A DNA stretch of 64,000 nt, taken from assembly GCA_030295235.1 (NCBI GenBank), contig AP026131.1, positions 248,001 through 312,000 of the forward strand. The letters run 5' to 3'. The stretch is from Fistulifera solaris (lineage: Eukaryota). The notes below the pieces were generated by a model. That model ran no database searches and was not told the origin of the DNA. It saw nothing but the letters and a program-made list of their open reading frames with translations. The position numbers and the translations under genes were made by a program. Positions 37,753-54,715 of the stretch are shown here, in pieces (position 1 is the first letter of the stretch; each line of letters begins with the position of its first letter).

Positions 37753-38530
37753 GGCAGGTGTAACCAGCAACAAATATATTTTTTCACGGGACACAATTTT
37801 GGTGGATCAAGTCACCCTTTGACAACGGATATTTATTCGCCAAAATTGGCGAGAGGAATGAGACTAAAAGAGTAGGAAGTAGGAAGAAACGGTCAAGAAG
37901 CCGGCCGTCCATTTGACTCCAACGGAATAAATAAGTTTACTTCATTAGTGATACTAAATGCTTTCTTTCGACAAAAATACACGATTTTTCATACATCTTT
38001 GTACATCATTGATATTTTGAAATTTTCACAGCTATAAGCAAAAGTAGTAGTATCAATGACCTGTGGCGAGTCATTTAGCATACATTGGACCAAAGTAAAG
38101 TCCAAAATAAGTCCATGGATTCTCAAAAATCCCACCCCCACACCCCCTTGTCACAGCGAAAGTAAAACTTTTCGGATGCCCTGGCATTTTTAGCCGAAAA
38201 GCACGGTTTGAACACACTAAGTCCCTAAAGTACGCAAATTTTAAGTATCATATTAAAGAGTAGCAAGCATCGGAACGGTATTCGAGTTTTAATCTGTGTC
38301 GCAGTGTGGTTGCAAAATGTCGCAGAGGACGCACGGACAGACTGGACCCTCTTTCAGACTCGTGACTTAGAGATGAAGTAAGCTAGACAGTGACAAATAC
38401 TGTACCAGGTACATTAAAACTTTACACGGGACACAATTTGATTTGGAAAAATGCGATCGCGACCCGCCATTGTTGCAGCTTATCGAAAAGCAGCAAGCGT
38501 TTGCTCTTTGATCAAGTAATTCATTCTCAT

Positions 38531-39603
38531 ATGTCTTCATTCGCATTGGGTCTACTGGCCGCCTTGATGGCCCCGTTCCTCATGGCCGTTGGCTTTATTG
38601 TGTGGGATAATCACTGGCTGGGGAGTCCGTTTGCTCTCAATCTTTGCAAATGCAATTTGGCGGCCGTGGGATTTGCCATTGTAGTCTTTACCAACGAAGA
38701 CAGCGATTTTTCGTTTACCAACGTCGGGTTTCTTATTCTCTCTTCCATTTTGGGATTGCTCGTGGGCGATTGGGTCTGGTTGGAAGGAATGCGAGTGTTG
38801 GGGGCTCGCAAAGTCATTGTGATGGACACCTTGAAGCCATTTCTGGCTGCTTTGTTGGGTAGAGTCTTTCTCCATGAGCATCTGTCGATTTTGGCGTATC
38901 TGGGACTTGTTTTGACGGCCATTGGGGTGGTGATGGTAGGCTTAGATATGGAGTCCGAAAGTACAACTTCATCGAAGGATACAGAGCTTGACGCGACAGA
39001 AGACCCGGCGGAAAGTGATAACCTTGTACGAGGTGAAAGGGCCCACGACAAATCACTTCAACATTCCACCAGTTATTCAGAGATGCGCAAAAGCGAAAAC
39101 AACCTCTTCGAGAAACGTATTACGGGATTTTTATGGCAGTCTTGAATGTGCTCTTGCATACCTTCGGTGCTCTACTGACCAAATACTTTGGTGTGGGAAT
39201 GACGACTTGGGAAATCAATCTGATCCGATTTGGATTTTCGGGAGTCGTCATGACAATCATTTCTGTCTCATTCCATTTTCGCGCTTTCTTGTTTTCCTCG
39301 CAAGAAGTAAGGCTATCGATCGATCGTCCCTGGTATGCCCTGCCTCGAATGAATCTTTCGCAGTGGCTACACGTTTTAACGGGAATGGTCTTTGTATCCT
39401 TTCTCGCTCCTGCCTTGTCCAATTATGCCATGTTTCAAATTGCTTTGGCATTATTGTTGACACTCGAATCGTTGGGACCGTTGTATTCATTGCCGTTGGT
39501 GTTTTTGTTACAAGGAGAGCGTCCATCGGCACGGTCAGGTGCCGGTGCTGTGTTGGCCGTCTTGGGGATTGTTCTGTTGTCGTCACGTGGTATGGCATTT
39601 TGA
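38531..39603 (+). CDS. EamA/DMT family membrane transporter; frameshift near 39110
   Basis: About 10 hydrophobic segments; LSSILGLLVGD..W..G...LGARK..V..TLKPF.AALLG..FLHE; SLGPLYSLPL...L.GE. Confidence 0.88.
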
Positions 39604-39980
39604 TTCGAGTGCTGGATGAGTACGACGCGGCAATCGTTTATGACATTCGTATGTCGAATCATCTGTGACATGTTTCAATTTAAAAACGAATGAATCGACA
39701 TCATCGGTTCTCTTTGCACGAATTGCGAATAGGATTCTTAGCAATAATGGTGTATTCTACTAACAGGCATGGTGCGCTCACGGCCACAGAGTAGAATACC
39801 TCGCGTCAGCTTTAGCGAATCTCGACCGTGCATAGGAACTTCCTTGCTACCAAAACCAAAATTGAATTCATAACATCAAAATGATCAGGTCGAACAACCC
39901 TATAGAGGATTCAAGAGTAAACCCACCTATGATTAGCACGATTCTACAAATGCTTCTAAAAAATTTCTGATCTCCAGCAT

Positions 39981-41649
39981 TCAGTGGTACAAATCAGACA
40001 CATCACTTTTCACAGAACCATTGACGAGCTTGTGCGTAAATTGCTCCGGAATAGGCACCTCTTTCTGATCGTCACCATCGGGAAAGCTCACATTCATCTC
40101 GGAACTGAGACTGGTAGTGAATGTAGAAATTGCCAACGATTCTTGGCTCAGATAGACCACAATGTTGATGGTCTTATCAATCGTAAAGACGGGACACACT
40201 CCGTTCACTTGCAATTGTACCTTTTTGCAGTTGACAACTTCGGCACCCGAAATGAGATCGTCAAGTACGACGGCACAGCCCGTGCACATATCCAAGCACA
40301 TGGACTTGAATTTTCCCTTTATCTGGAAGGTCACACCGTCACAATTGTAAATGTAGACTTGTTGTTTCGGGTCACTGATTTCAATGGTAATGACACTGTC
40401 TTTCGAAACTTCTTTCGCGGCCGATTCTTTCGTGTGATTTTCTACCACCCATTTGAAACCTCGATCTTGATACTCGAAAATGGGTAGCCCCTTCAACGGT
40501 GTCTTCTTTTCCTTCTTTTCTGTTTTCGCGGGTGCCACCGGCACAGCTGGCGCCGGACCATCGGATGCTTTGAATTCCTTACGCCAGGTTTGCATGTCTT
40601 TTGTCACCTATGTAAAAGAGATACATGCAATGAGTACACGATTCACTTCAACAACGACTCACATCATATTCCTCAGCGTACCTTTTTGAGACCCGTCGCT
40701 GCCGAATCCCCTTCCGACGACTTGCGTTTGCTCAATTCTTCCATCATCCCGGCCATATTCCCACCGACAATCGCCGATCCGATCATCGGATGCCGCGTCG
40801 ACAATTTCCGGAACGAACCCTGTCGTTGGGGTTCTACTGGTTCTTCCACCGTAGGATCACTCAACCGAATGGCGGCTTCCGCCAAACTGACACCCCGCGG
40901 CGAAAACGTCAATCCCGTCTTGTGATATTCCTCAATGTACTCGGCCAATCCCTTAATGACGGCTGTGATGCTGTCACAAAAGGCAATTTGTGTATCATTC
41001 TTTCCTTTAAAGTCTTTGCGAATGCGGTTGGACCAGAATTCGGCACTCCCGAGTGTTTCTTTGACCATACCGACGGGGAGGGCTTGCGGAGGCCGCAAGT
41101 AGACCCAGGACAATCCCGCGAGCATTTCAATGACGGCCTTTTGATGACGATCCCAATCGCGATCGAGTTGGAGCTGGCGGATTCCGACAATCGCCTCTTG
41201 GACCGGTTTCATGTGCGGCGCCAAGGCTTCCGTGAGACTTTCTTCCGGAGCTTTGGAGCGTGATGCCAAGACAATAATCAATCGAATGCCTTCCCAGGCC
41301 TTTTGAATGAGATCTCCCATATTTTGTAAGCCACCGAGATCATCACAGGCTTGTGCCAAGTACGAAACGGAGTTCTTCATGTAACTGTCGTACGCTTTTA
41401 CGGAAGGGACTTCTCCGGCGGCTGCTCAATGTGTGTTGCAAATGTGAGTATGAAAATTGTAAAAACGAGATACTGTATTCAGTACGCACCAGCCAAATTG
41501 GCTTCATTCGGAGCCGGCGTCGTAAAAGCCGAACTGGCAGGATGCGGAGGAGCAATCCCCACTTTGGTTTCGAGATTCTCGAGACGCGACAAGACATCGC
41601 TCAACAAATCTTTCAAAGGATCGATTCCGTGCAGCGCTTTGTTCGTCAT
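39981..41649 (-). CDS. CAP: Adenylyl cyclase-associated protein (CAP/Srv2); introns 40608..40681 and 41422..41489
   Basis: LSRLENLE, AEFWSNRIRKDFK, EYHKTGL, TGLKKV-TKDMQTW, KWVVEN, IKGK, SSEMNV, EVPIPEQF. Confidence 0.95.
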
Positions 41650-41981
41650 TTTTGTTGTTAATATAAGTAAGAAGCAATGAATTGTTTTGTGAGGATACAA
41701 TAAGAAATGCAACGGCAACAGAATAAGATCTTGCTTGCGATAAAAGAAAAGGCATCGGTCATTTTGTGACATTTTCTCCTCCTTTGCGGGACTGCAATCG
41801 AATTAAGTCGTCGGAGAAAAAGTAATCTACACTTTGCCTCACACTAACAACTTACTCAAGCTCGAACCTTATTGTACCGCAGTGTGAAAATAGGAGGCGA
41901 CAATAATCAACGCAATAATGCGATCACAACATACAGTAGCAACAACACATCGCAATCGTTCATACTCATTAGCACCTCGAT

Positions 41982-43649
41982 ATGCTGTTAGTTCGTCATT
42001 GGAGTACTCGCAAGCCTTCATTCAAATATTCCTCTCGCTCTTATTTCGCACTCACAACGACGTTACTTCTCGCGAGTCGATCCTTCGTTCCGTCGTGTCA
42101 CGCCTTTTCGCGCACCTATTCGACGTCTTCGGCTACCATGCTGTCCGCAACACAATTGACTTTTGGAACATTCAATGACGAAAGCTTGTCTCCGACACAA
42201 ACACAAGCGACAGTCATTATTGGAAAGAAAGAACCCATTCAAAAAGTACTTGCTTCGGGACTGCTAACAGGATTGCAAGACGAAGCCTGCTTGAATGCAC
42301 TCGTCGCGTCGATTGACGGCGGCACCGGGAGTGCCACGACCTTATTGTCGGTCGCGCCACAACACTATCATCGTGTTACCATAGGATTACTTCCCGATAA
42401 GGTATCACGGAACAATCATCCTTTGTCGGTACATAAAATCACCGAAATGGTCGCTGCGGCGTGTGCGAGTGATAGCAGTCAGACGACGCGATTGCTGTTA
42501 GTGGGTGTGTCGCCGACGTGTTCTCCGGCCGTATTGACCTGTGCCATCGCCAAGGCGTTGCCCTTGTACAGTCGGAAAAGCCAGACAACGTCCGAACGCC
42601 GCGTGCACGTGGCGTTTGTCGAGGAAGACAGCGGAGCCGTGGTGACTCTTCTAAAAGACTGCGAGGCGGTCGCACACGCCGTCCGCCTGGCGGCCGATCT
42701 CGTGGATCGCACACCGGAAGAGCTCACGACGGATGCGTATGCGGAAGAAGTCCAACGCATCGTACAAGAACTGGTGGCGGACGGGGCGTCGGTGACCATG
42801 ACACAAATGGTGGGAGAGGAATTAAACGAGAAAGGATACGGTGGCTTGTATGGCGTCGGAAAAGCTGCAACATGTCCTCCTCGCTTCATTGAAGTCACGT
42901 ATACACCCACCCGTCCAGCCACACAAAAAGTGGCCTTGGTCGGAAAAGGGATCGTGTATGATACCGGTGGATTGTCATTGAAACCAAAAGAAGGAATGGG
43001 CGGAATGAAAATGGATATGGGAGGATCGGCCGGTTTGCTGGGGGCATTTTACGCTGCCGTCAAATTGCAAACGCCCGTCCACCTGACATTGGTGCTGTGT
43101 TTGGCGGAAAACGCCATTGGGCCAAAGGCATTTCGCAATGACGACATTTTGACACTGTATTCGGGAAAAGCAGTCGAAGTCAACAATTGCGATGCCGAAG
43201 GACGATTGGTACTGGGTGATGGAGTCGCTCATGTCACGAAGCACATTGAAAACTTGGATCTCGTCGTCGATATGGCGACACTGACCGGAGCGCAGCTGGT
43301 GGCGACGGGTAAAAAGCATGCTGCCATTTTAGCAAATCAGGAAGAATTGGAACGACGAGCGGTGGCGGCGGGTCTTCGATCGGGTGATCTGTGTTATCCG
43401 ATTCTGTACGCCCCAGAGCTGTTGAAACAAGAGTTCAATTCGAAAGTGGCGGATATGAAAAATTCCGTCAAGGATCGTAGCAATGCGCAGACGTCATGTG
43501 CGGGGCATTTTATTGAAGCGCATCTAGCCGAGGACTACAAAGGCGGATGGATACACATTGATATGGCTGGACCGGCATGGAAGGACGATCGAGGAACCGG
43601 ATATGGTGTTGGACTGGTCTTGTCGTTATTAGGTGCTCCTGGCTTCTAA
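41982..43649 (+). CDS. M17 leucyl aminopeptidase (NPEPL1-like)
   Basis: LVGKGIVYDTGGLSLK, MKMDMGG, VEVNNCDAEGRLVLGD, DMATLTGA, HIDMAGP. Confidence 0.95.
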   Translation: MLLVRHWSTRKPSFKYSSRSYFALTTTLLLASRSFVPSCHAFSRTYSTSSATMLSATQLTFGTFNDESLSPTQTQATVIIGKKEPIQKVLASGLLTGLQDEACLNALVASIDGGTGSATTLLSVAPQHYHRVTIGLLPDKVSRNNHPLSVHKITEMVAAACASDSSQTTRLLLVGVSPTCSPAVLTCAIAKALPLYSRKSQTTSERRVHVAFVEEDSGAVVTLLKDCEAVAHAVRLAADLVDRTPEELTTDAYAEEVQRIVQELVADGASVTMTQMVGEELNEKGYGGLYGVGKAATCPPRFIEVTYTPTRPATQKVALVGKGIVYDTGGLSLKPKEGMGGMKMDMGGSAGLLGAFYAAVKLQTPVHLTLVLCLAENAIGPKAFRNDDILTLYSGKAVEVNNCDAEGRLVLGDGVAHVTKHIENLDLVVDMATLTGAQLVATGKKHAAILANQEELERRAVAAGLRSGDLCYPILYAPELLKQEFNSKVADMKNSVKDRSNAQTSCAGHFIEAHLAEDYKGGWIHIDMAGPAWKDDRGTGYGVGLVLSLLGAPGF

Positions 43650-43825
43650 ACGATTTGCTATTTGCCAAATAAGCTATAGAAGTCATTGAGACTCAAACTT
43701 TTGCTTAAGATTTGTGGAGTCATTAGCCTATACTAGCGGGGATGATATAAAGCGTCGTGACTTGCGTTTGAGTAAGAAGATTGCTAAGCTGACGCGAATG
43801 ACCCATCGGAGTGACTGCAGTCAAT

Positions 43826-44677
43826 TTACTCATCACTTTTGACAGCAATCGGTCCATCCTCAAACGTAAGAGCCTCCTTGATGTACTTGTAAGAAAGGCC
43901 GGCCGAAACGAGGGCAGCGAATGCCGCTTCGCCAATCCAGGGGATAGAGTCCGAGTAACCAACTCCACGCGCCATAAGTGTCGCTGTGAGAGGAATCACT
44001 CCAAGAGCAACAATTTCCGCGTTGCAAATTTGAATCATGCGCTTTGCGAGAGCATCGCCCAGTGGTTCGAGTTCTCCGTTTCGTTTTGCCACGGCGCGTT
44101 TGATGATTGTTGTAGTGTTGAAGAAGCTTGCTGCGCCAAGGATTCCTACAAACGCAATCTTGAGCCAGAAAAGAGGTTCATTTTGGTAAAATAACCATCC
44201 TTTCTCGTACTGGGTCAAACGCAAATAGCCAGTGTATACCAAAGAGAGTCCAAAGAGACCGTATGCGATGTCAGCTGCTGCTACCAAATCTTCGTCTTCG
44301 CCACTCATGCCCGGTTTGATCGTAATTCTTTCAATCATAACACATCCCAGCATACCCAGGATCGACACGAAATGGCCGTAAGCAGCGAGTGCTGAGGGGA
44401 CGGCGGCTGGAGCAAAGGCAGTGGCAGCTGACGATGCCATGGGGGCTCCGAGAAGAGCAATACTCGATACGAGAATCGCCTTGGCAGTGACGCTTTTCTC
44501 ATTTGTCATGTTCAATGGGTCAAAGTCAGTCTTCTTTTCAAAGAGAGCAATTTTGGTCTTTGTGGTGGAAGTGAGGGGATGGCCGTGATGTTGCAATTTT
44601 GGTGCCCATGCATTCGCGATCGAGATAAGAAGGCCGGCGAGCACGACAGAGGTGAAAATCTTGGTCATGGTGATCAC
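43826..44677 (-). CDS. DUF2214-like membrane protein with bipartite plastid-type presequence
   Basis: Signal peptide ending ANA-WAP; AYGHF, AADIAYG, TGYLRL...EKG..FY...PLFWLK, PL.ATLMARG.G. Confidence 0.8.
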   Translation of the reverse strand: MITMTKIFTSVVLAGLLISIANAWAPKLQHHGHPLTSTTKTKIALFEKKTDFDPLNMTNEKSVTAKAILVSSIALLGAPMASSAATAFAPAAVPSALAAYGHFVSILGMLGCVMIERITIKPGMSGEDEDLVAAADIAYGLFGLSLVYTGYLRLTQYEKGWLFYQNEPLFWLKIAFVGILGAASFFNTTTIIKRAVAKRNGELEPLGDALAKRMIQICNAEIVALGVIPLTATLMARGVGYSDSIPWIGEAAFAALVSAGLSYKYIKEALTFEDGPIAVKSDE

Positions 44678-45513
44678 GTTGATTTACGAGAAGATTGGTT
44701 ACGACTGTGTGTTGCGAGATGCCGATCGTATCGGAATATGCTTTATACCTCAAGTCGAAAGCAAGGTCGAAAGGTGCCGACTGCAAACACAAACATCGCG
44801 TACATCATTCATCTTGTCACTTCGGTCTTCGGTTTGTCTTGGTAAAACGGGTGTTTGTCTCATAATGTCTCATACCTAATAACACAGAACGGTGCTGGTA
44901 CGACATATGATTAGATTTTAGTATCATGCTTTTGATGATTTCCGAACTAAGTACTAACTACGGATACAAGATACAAGTACCGGTTGCTAAGTTCTAATAG
45001 TACGACCTATGACCTATGCGTAAAACTTACGGCAGGATGTACATTCTACGATCAGCGGCTTATATCTTTGTTTCCGTGTCTGTGCTATATGATGATAGTA
45101 AGTGTTGGATAAGCGGTACTAAATACTACTGGTTTGCATGGCGAAAGAAGCTTTTTGAATTGACACGGCACATAAATACGAAAATGCCCACCGTCAACCT
45201 TTTCATACAATTTGTCTGTATAGAATGACCATCAATCCGCGGAAGAAGTCATTTTGCGAACCTTGGGTTCAATTTTAAGTACTAAACATCCGGGAACGGA
45301 AACCGAAATTTAAAGCTATGCAACGGATAGTATGTTTAGAACTTATCAGCGGTTGAATAACATGTGCCTTGTGCCTTGTGCCTTGTGGGGAAACCCATTC
45401 CGTTCGACCTCGAGACAATCCGTCGAGGTGCAAGGCTTGTTGTGCCTCTTCGACAAGTCAAAAGGGAACATTTGATCACCCAATTGACAAATACAATCAA
45501 ATTATCGCGAAAG

Positions 45514-47601
45514 ATGAGTTATCATCAACAATCTCCTGTTATATCGTATCATACGGAGGGCACGGAAGACCATCATGCGCGCGCTCAAATGGAATTGATA
45601 ACCCGAATGAACAACATGGGTGTCGCCAGTTTAGAGGCTTCCGATCATGAGCCGGCTCGAGAGTTATTTCGTAGGGCTTTGGATAAAGCGAATGAGACAA
45701 CTTTCTTTCCAATTCCGAATACACCCTCCGCCACCAAAGGCGGGGAAGTTTCGAAAAGTTTATATATTTATCAGCGAGGAGAATACGATGAAGGCATGCA
45801 CACCTTCTCGGAGCCTTTATCTCTAGACCCCTCCGTTACGTCGCTACATTGCGCGACAGCGACAATATTATTCAATCTCGGTCAACTGTACCTTCGTGTC
45901 AATGACAATGAGGCCGCTTTGAACTCGTTTCAATGTGCGTTACAGATTGCGCAGTGGCGATCGTCTTCCGATAGCAAGGAACCCGCTGGCGGAGGAGTCG
46001 GCGTTATGGCCATCTTGCACAACATCGGTCACGTGCAATACCGAAGCGGGCAGTATGAGGATGCGGTCCGCACCTATGCGAAAGCTCTCAATATTGGAAA
46101 GACGTCGTATAACAAGAGCTCGCACAGCATGCTTCAAGTCGCGGCAACGTTAAACTGCCTCGGCGTACTCTACTTTCATCTACCGAATGCCGAGACCGAG
46201 CGGGCCATGGAGCTATACACAGAGTCGCTCGCGATCCGAAAAGCGGTGCTCGGTGTGAATTACGAATGCCCGGAGGTTGCTACAACCTTGAATAACATCG
46301 GACGCATTCATTACATGAAGAGCGAACACCCGAAAGCGTTAGAAATATACAATGAAGCACTGCGCATGCGACGTAAACTGCTCGGTGATGACCACTTGGA
46401 TGTAGCAGCTACGATTTACAATGCTGGTCAGACACATCATCAACGAGGTGATCTCATGGAGGCGATGAGACTATACCAAGAGTTTCTGGTAATTGCCCGC
46501 AAAGATTAGGTACTCACCATCGTGATGTCGCGATCATGCTCAAGTGCATGGCTCAGATTCATCACGAGCGCAAGGATTACGATAGTGCGAAACGTCTATA
46601 CGAAGAAGCATTGACTGTCGGACGTGCTGCACTGGGCAATTTTCATCCGGAAGTAGCGAGTACTTTAAACAAGCTGGGAAATCTACATTACGAAAAGGGA
46701 GATTTTGAAGAAGCTATTCGAGTTTACAAGGAAGGACTGGAAGTCGAACGTGCTGTGTTGGATGTGTTCCATCCCAACATAGTCGTGACCCTCACAAATA
46801 TTGGACAAATTCATAAGTTGCGGGGGGAGCATCAAGCGGCGTTGCGACTATACAAAGAAGCTGTTGCGATTCAGCGCCACAGTCTCGGCCCTGGTCATCC
46901 CAGCATCGCCACTTCGCTCTCTTCAATCGCGTTAATCCATTATCAGGCTCGCAGTTACGCCAAAGCACTGGACGTCTATCAAGAGGCGCTTCGAATTCGT
47001 CGCGATGCTTTCGGCGACTTAAATTTGGACGTGGCCTCAAATTTGAACTCAATAGGTTTGGTTTTGTTCAAGATGGAGCTACATGACCTTGCCATGCAAA
47101 GTTTTCAAGAAAGTCTGCGCATTCGACGTAGACTGCTCGGGGCGAACCACAGAGACGTCGCTATCATCCTTTACAATATTGCTACGATTCATCTTGGAAA
47201 CAGGAGATGACGATGAGGCTATGGTGTACTATCGCGAAACGCTTCGGGTAGAACGGGCCGCTCTGGGAGACAGGCATCGTGATGTTGTACTCACCATCCA
47301 ACATATTGGACAGGTTCACCAGCAACGAGGAGAATTATCAGACGCTCTGAAATACTATCAAGAAGCCCTGGATATTCAAATGACATCTGAAGATTCGGAG
47401 GACGCGTCCATTGCGCAGACTTTGAATCATATTGGTAATGTATTTTTGCAGCGGGGTGATGCTAGAGAAATGGTGGCGGCTCTTTCTGAATCTCTTCGAG
47501 CCTTTCGTAAGGCCGGTCAAAGTGACGACGAGCTACAAATATCAGGACTCAACTTTTACGGTCTTTCCAAGATGCACCCAGAGTGTGCTCCATCGGCCTA
47601 G
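45514..47601 (+). CDS. TPR-repeat protein (kinesin-light-chain-like 42-aa repeats); frameshifts near 46505 and 47200
   Basis: Repeated HP.VA.TLNN[IL]G..H...G....A...Y.EAL.I.R..LG units. Confidence 0.9.
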
Positions 47602-47699
47602 CCGGCACTTCTTGTTCTTATTAAGCTCTTAAATTGAAAATGTTGCCGTTTTGCTAGTTGTGCTGCATAGCAGGTCAATAAAGTACGACGGTGTTTGGG

Positions 47700-48250
47700 A
47701 TCAAAGCGAAATGCTGTGCGAGTTACAAAAATTCTGGAAAACTTACTCCGTCCTATTTCTGATCATACAGAAATTCTGTGGTGGTCCAGAAATTCTGGAC
47801 CAGTTCTCTCGATTCTACCGAACTGCTGTGGACGTTCCGGAAATTCTGGACAGGTTGTTTTATAGCCTAATGAAAGAGTGGGCGCGTTCCAAAATTGTGG
47901 AAACTTTGTTTTGAATCTTAACGAGAGATACTGCGCGTTCCAGATATTCTGGAAATGTTATTCCGCACTATTTCTGATCATACAGAAATTCTGTGGTGGT
48001 CCAGAAATTCTGGACTAGTTCTTTCGATTCTTCCGACATGCTGTGGACGTTCCGGAAATTCTGGATTCCAGAAATTCCGGAAATTTGATTCTTGACTATT
48101 TCTGATCATACAGAAATTCTGTGATGGTCCAGAAATTCTGGACCAGTTCTTTCGATCCTGCCGAACTGCTGTAAAAGTACCAGAAATTCTGGATACGGTG
48201 TTTTGGATCAAAGCGATAGAAAGTGCGTCTCTCAGAAATTCTGGAAACAT
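47700..48250 (+). repeat. Second cluster of the CCAGAAATTCTGG repeat family (about 10 boxes)
   Basis: tttctgatcatacagaaattctgtg(g/a)tggtccagaaattctggac block three times (about 47756, 47971, 48099). Confidence 0.9.
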
Positions 48251-48443
48251 TGTTGTGAATCATACATAACTCGTGACTAAAACATTGATCTTTGCAAGAC
48301 CTACGTAGCCCCTGCTAGTATCTTTTGTACGCAAGGACCGTGAAAGCAAAAAAAAAGATACGTTCACGGTCTATTGAACACAATGCGCGCAATGAGATTG
48401 GAAGAAAGGTTCATCACTATCCATACTTATTAATTAATCAACC

Positions 48444-52328
<3,885 letters not shown>

Positions 52329-52352
52329 ATCTAACAGGAGGCGTCTTGTCGC

Positions 52353-54715
52353 TCAGCTAAAGTGATGGTCATCGGGACTACTTGCGTTTGTTGAGTGGGT
52401 TCCAGCACCAGCGTCTGCAGCTGCGGGTCGAATGTACGAATTTTGTAAAACTAATCTGGGTTCAGCAACGGCTTGCTCTCCTAAAGCTGCTAGGGTTTCA
52501 AGTTGCCGTGCTACCACATCACGGTGTAAATTCTGCTCGAAATGATTAGAGATGGAATCCACTTGACCAATCTCTGGACTTGTGCATCGCCAACTTGGAT
52601 GAGTTGCCTGGAAAGATGTGAGTCCGAGTGATTTCTACAAGTCCGCTCGCCAATATCCACTTACTCGAAAAGATTCAAGACTCTGCTTCATCTTCCCCAG
52701 TTTCGCTTTCGGTTTGGGATACGCTTGAACAGCTTCGTGAACGCTTTTGTGTAGTAGAACGCTTTCTGCTAATGCACCTGTCATCGGTTCGTCTGCTCGA
52801 ACGCCGAAAGCTTCATCTCCAAACAAATAAAAATCGAAGGTGGCGTAACCACACACATCGCCAGCTCCTGGTACTTCCTTTTAATTGCCAAAATAAATTC
52901 GCATATCGGTTCTGCACAATCAGCCAGGGATACACATAGTATGTAGGGCGCCAGAATCAAGGCCAAAACTTCCCGAGCGAAGTTCTTAGCTTTAAACTGA
53001 AACATAGCAGAAAAAGCTTGAAAAACTGAGGGGTCCCACCCTCGCCCTTTCCATATTTCAGGATAGTAGTGAGTATGCTTTGCTACCTCCTCCAACGACA
53101 AGTTCATTTCGTCGTACAGATTTCTCGCACTGCTCGGCTGCTGCAAGGCAGTGGGAATAAGTCCCTGCCAATCGAGTAAAGGGCCCCCACCATTCCAGCA
53201 TACCACAAAAGATTCCAATCCGCGATTTTGATATGCAACAGAATAGCATCATTTATGGCAGCAAGTGCAAACAAAACCGCTCCAAGAGACCCACCCAAGA
53301 AAACACAAATACGACCAATTGTTGCCAGTACTTCACTCGACCCAAACAAGTCCAAGTAGTTTTCCGCTGCTTTGTAACTTGGAGCAAGGCGCCGTTCAAA
53401 ATGATGAGGAAGTTCGTTGAGCTCACGAAAAGTCCACTTAGCATGGAGAGACCAGTCTTTTGGACCAAGATACCGTTTGGAATTCTTCCAGTCATACGCA
53501 TTGGACAAGCCAAAGTACAAAGTCAAGAAGAAGAGTAAGAAAGGCATGAATACCAAATGTGCCACTCCACAAAGAATGAAGCGCCTTCGAAGAGATCCAG
53601 GATCCAAGTAAAAAGCCGGCCGTATCTTGTACTTATGATTAAACATGAAGTTGAGAACACAAAAGTACAAGCTCCACTGGAAGAAGATGTACGTAAGTTG
53701 AATATGCAAGACAGAGGAAAGCCAAGGAAAACAAACAACGTACTTCCAAACTAGGACACAACAGTTGCCCTTTTATTCCAGGTACCGTCAAGTCCAGGAG
53801 CTGACGATTAAAGAGAGCAACAAGAAAATTCTCTTTTCTCATGATTCGTTGCGCAATGACCAAGGCGTCTAACTCTTGTCCGTGAATGGCAATGCGGTAG
53901 GTCCCCGATTGTTGTAATTCCAAAATTTTTCCGACAACATCATGATCCCAGTCAACAGCACCGCCTAGTAATCGATGCGCGCTTATTCCGAGACGCTCTT
54001 CGAACACCCATTTCGCTTGCAGAGCATCTTGAAAAGTCCTCCAAAACGACGTGAAAGCAAATGCGGTGTAGATCAGAAAGATGATACTGTAAGTAACCAC
54101 CAAAAGTGTGGCTCGGGGACGCGGTCGGATGTATTCTGAAAATTGAGGTCGACAGGTGCTTTCATCTGTGCATTGACTCAAACCGTGCCAATCGACGTAA
54201 GCGAATAAAAAAATCGATAGCAACAGCGTAAATACCAGTGTCAGCAGCTCCACGACACCTTTACCAATGATGGGCACCAGACCGCGGTGATAAAAATAAG
54301 AATACAATGACTGAAAATATAGATCCAGATTCGAAACGGCACCCCATCCTTCGTTTCTTGGACGGAATCGAAGTTGCGGCAAAAATACGAAATCGGTCTT
54401 ATTGCTTTGCGCGTGTTGCTGATTTTCAGGAAATGATGTGTATTGCATCATGGTAGGATCTTCGTCGTCGTCATTTATATCAGCACTAGTATTGGGAATA
54501 CCGAAATCTTGCAAGTCGACTGAATTAGAAAGATTGATGGCACGATATTCTACTTGTCTCATCTTATGTTCGTTCCACGCATCGACAGCTGCTTGGTAAA
54601 AAACATTGAAGCCACGAGAGACCTCGGAAGTCGTTTGACGCACAAATGGGCTTTCTCGATGAGGCTGATGACGCGCCTGATGCTGTTGCATTTCACGGGT
54701 GTGTTGTGATTGCAA
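52353..54715 (-). CDS. ATG9: Autophagy protein ATG9; intron 53677..53743 plus frameshifts in the 3' half
   Basis: NLDLYF..LY.Y...RG, QRIMRKENF.VAL.N, W.FRE.NELPH.FERRL, HTHY.P..W, F...FQ.K, G.VC.YA.FD, GKM..S. Confidence 0.92.
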
